Assembly (NCBI GenBank): GCA_963706955.1
Contig: CAVPOC010000011.1
Location: 1 to 64,000, forward strand
From: an uncultured Verrucomicrobiae bacterium
Lineage (GTDB): Bacteria > Verrucomicrobiota > Verrucomicrobiia > Chthoniobacterales > Terrimicrobiaceae
Reading direction: 5' to 3'
DNA: 64,000 nucleotides
Both the position numbers and the translations under genes were made by a program. The notes under the pieces were generated by a model, which did not search any database, had not been told where the DNA came from, and was given only the letters and a program-made list of their open reading frames with translations. Within the stretch, counting starts at the first letter, position 1; each line of letters opens with the position of its first letter. Of the stretch, positions 62,013 through 64,000 are shown one piece after another.

Positions 62013-64000
62013 TTAGCGATTCCTGGCGACGTCGGCGAGGCAACCGATGGCGAGAGCGGTCCAGCCAGTCTGATGGCTGGCACCGAGACCTCGGCCGGTT
62101 TCGCCGTCGAAGTATTCATGGAAATTCACGAGGTTGCGCCAATGCGGGTCGGTCGAGAAGCGCGCATCGTCGCCGTGGCATGGACGGCGGCCATTTTCAT
62201 CAGGCAGAAAGATACCGGCAAGACGCGCGCTAAGTTCGAGCGAGACTTTGCGGAGATTCATCATTTGACCTGATCCGGTGGGGCACTCAACTTTCAGCGT
62301 ATCGCCGTAGAAGTGGGCGTAACGTTCAAGGGCCTCAACGATCAGGAAGTTAATCGGAAACCAGACCGGTCCCCGCCAGTTTGAATTACCGCCGAAAAGG
62401 TAGGTCGTGGATTCGGCGGGCTCGTAATCGACGCGTTGCTCGGCACCGCCAGCGCTGAAGACGTACGGATGCTTCCCGTGAAACTTCGATACGGAGCGAA
62501 GACCGTGCGGCGACAGGAATTCATTTTCGTCGAGCATATAACGCAGCACTCGCTCAAGGCGTTGGCGAGACGGAATGGCAAGGAGCCGGCGATTGTCGCC
62601 GACTTCGCAGTAGCTTATCTCACCGGCTAAGTCAGCGCGATGCTTCATGAACCACTGGAAGCGATGGTAGAAGCCTGGCAGCCTCTTGATAGTCTCTTCC
62701 TCCAGGACTTCGACCGCGATCAAGGGCAGCAGGCCGACGAGGGATCTCGTCTGCAATGGGATCACCCGACCGTCCGCGTGGACCTGATCGTAGTAAAAGC
62801 CGTCTTCTTCGTTCCATAGCCCGGTGCCGCCAAGATGATTCATCGCATCGGCGATTTGCACGAAGTGCATGAAGAACTTCGATGCCATGTCTTCGTAGGC
62901 TGCGTCCGTCTGCGTGCCGTCGCCCCGGGCTAACTCCAGCGCTATGCTTAGCATCGTGCCGCAATAAAACGCCATCCATGCGGTGCCGTCGGCCTGGAGC
63001 AGGGTGCCACCGTTGGGCAATGGCTTCGACCGATCAAAGACGCCGATGTTGTCAAGCCCAAGAAAACCGCCCGAAAAAAGATTCTCACCCTTCGGGTCCT
63101 TGCGATTGACCCACCAAGTGAAGTTGATGATCAGCTTTTGAAAAGCCCGCTCAAGAAATTCCCGGTCGCGCATGCCAGCTTCGGCGGACATCTTATAGAC
63201 ACGCCAAGCGGCCCAGGCGTGCACCGGCGGGTTCACGTCGCCAAAGGCAAATTCGTAAGCTGGGATCTGCCCATTGGATTGCATATACCATTCGCGGAGG
63301 AACAGGATGAGCTGCTCCTTGGCGTATTCCGGGTCTAAGCGGGAGATCGGGATTACATGGAAGGCCAGGTCCCACGAGGCGAACCAAGGATACTCCCACT
63401 TATCCGGCATCGAGATAATGTCCCGGCTGTACAGATGAACCCATTCGTGATTGCGTCCCCCGAGCCGGCTGGCGGGTGGCCGTGGATAAGCGGGATCTCC
63501 ACGGAGCCATTCTTCGACGACGTAATAGTAGAACTGCTTGCTCCATAGCAGACCGGCCGCGGCCTGACGGACGACATCGCGTTCGGAATCGGAGAACTTG
63601 GCGATGAAGGCCGAGTCATAGAATGCGTGCATGTCGTTGACGCGCGCATCGAAGGTTTGTTCGAACGATGGCCCGAACGGGTCGGTGGGTGCTTCCGTTT
63701 CAGCGAAGAGGCGAAGGGAAATCGTCTGTATACCACCTGCGGGAACTCGCAATGCGTAATGCAGCGCTGCCTTCGTGCCGGTGTTTGCTGGATTGACGGC
63801 ACTTGTCTTGCCGTGAACGAGGTATTCGTTGAAGGCGTCCTTCGCAAACGCACTCCCGTCTCCATAGTCCCACAGGCGGTGGGAATTGGTCTCATTCTCC
63901 GTGAAGAGTGCTATAGGCAGTTGACCTGTGGAATCGGGACCGGCTTCCAGGAAGAAGCGGCCCAGGCTATCTTGGTTCAGCGCCAACCGATTTTCATTCT
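62013..64000 (-). CDS. MGH1-like GH63 glucosidase; 5' end outside the window
   Basis: Motifs SMPDKWEYPWFASWD, GGFLGLDN, NSNWRGPVW and GASHQTGWT. Confidence 0.9.
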   Translation of the reverse strand, partial: NENRLALNQDSLGRFFLEAGPDSTGQLPIALFTENETNSHRLWDYGDGSAFAKDAFNEYLVHGKTSAVNPANTGTKAALHYALRVPAGGIQTISLRLFAETEAPTDPFGPSFEQTFDARVNDMHAFYDSAFIAKFSDSERDVVRQAAAGLLWSKQFYYYVVEEWLRGDPAYPRPPASRLGGRNHEWVHLYSRDIISMPDKWEYPWFASWDLAFHVIPISRLDPEYAKEQLILFLREWYMQSNGQIPAYEFAFGDVNPPVHAWAAWRVYKMSAEAGMRDREFLERAFQKLIINFTWWVNRKDPKGENLFSGGFLGLDNIGVFDRSKPLPNGGTLLQADGTAWMAFYCGTMLSIALELARGDGTQTDAAYEDMASKFFMHFVQIADAMNHLGGTGLWNEEDGFYYDQVHADGRVIPLQTRSLVGLLPLIAVEVLEEETIKRLPGFYHRFQWFMKHRADLAGEISYCEVGDNRRLLAIPSRQRLERVLRYMLDENEFLSPHGLRSVSKFHGKHPYVFSAGGAEQRVDYEPAESTTYLFGGNSNWRGPVWFPINFLIVEALERYAHFYGDTLKVECPTGSGQMMNLRKVSLELSARLAGIFLPDENGRRPCHGDDARFSTDPHWRNLVNFHEYFDGETGRGLGASHQTGWTALAIGCLADVARNR

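Overview
A 64-kb bacterial chromosome segment of roughly 58-60% GC, estimated by eye. Gene order and protein style suggest Verrucomicrobiota, probably Chthoniobacterales (inference). The region 1-32.7 kb is mostly intact housekeeping DNA: fumC (partial), ilvE-mcsA-mcsB-clpC, tal, an ECF sigma factor, GT4 glycosyltransferases, trmB, tig-clpP-clpX, a peptide ABC transporter, mpg, pncA-pncB, pdxH, an Rv2004c-like kinase/AAA protein, a PRTase, an L,D-transpeptidase, a cupin and a LarA-family protein. The region 32.8-35.8 kb is a patchwork of orphan genes and fragments: an SH3 plus lytic-transglycosylase-like protein, an apparent DUF867 N-terminal piece and a lantibiotic-dehydratase C-terminal piece. 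The region 36-64 kb is accessory. It holds redox/stress genes, a sulfatase cluster (tandem arylsulfatases, FGE, HAD, L,D-transpeptidase, OM barrel), three decaying copies of a MarC/NarL/REC/lipoprotein cassette, an OprB porin bracketed by ~110-bp direct repeats and IS-like inverted repeats, a 2-TM channel, glutamate decarboxylase and a GH63-like glucosidase (partial). Many single-base frameshifts, mostly +1, look like sequencing errors. Large deletions, chimeras and one nonsense codon indicate real decay and recombination. No rRNA, tRNA, CRISPR array or transposase was recognised. I did not find a clearly new complete system. The best candidates are the repeat-bounded porin cassette and the shuffled sulfatase/regulator cassette array.
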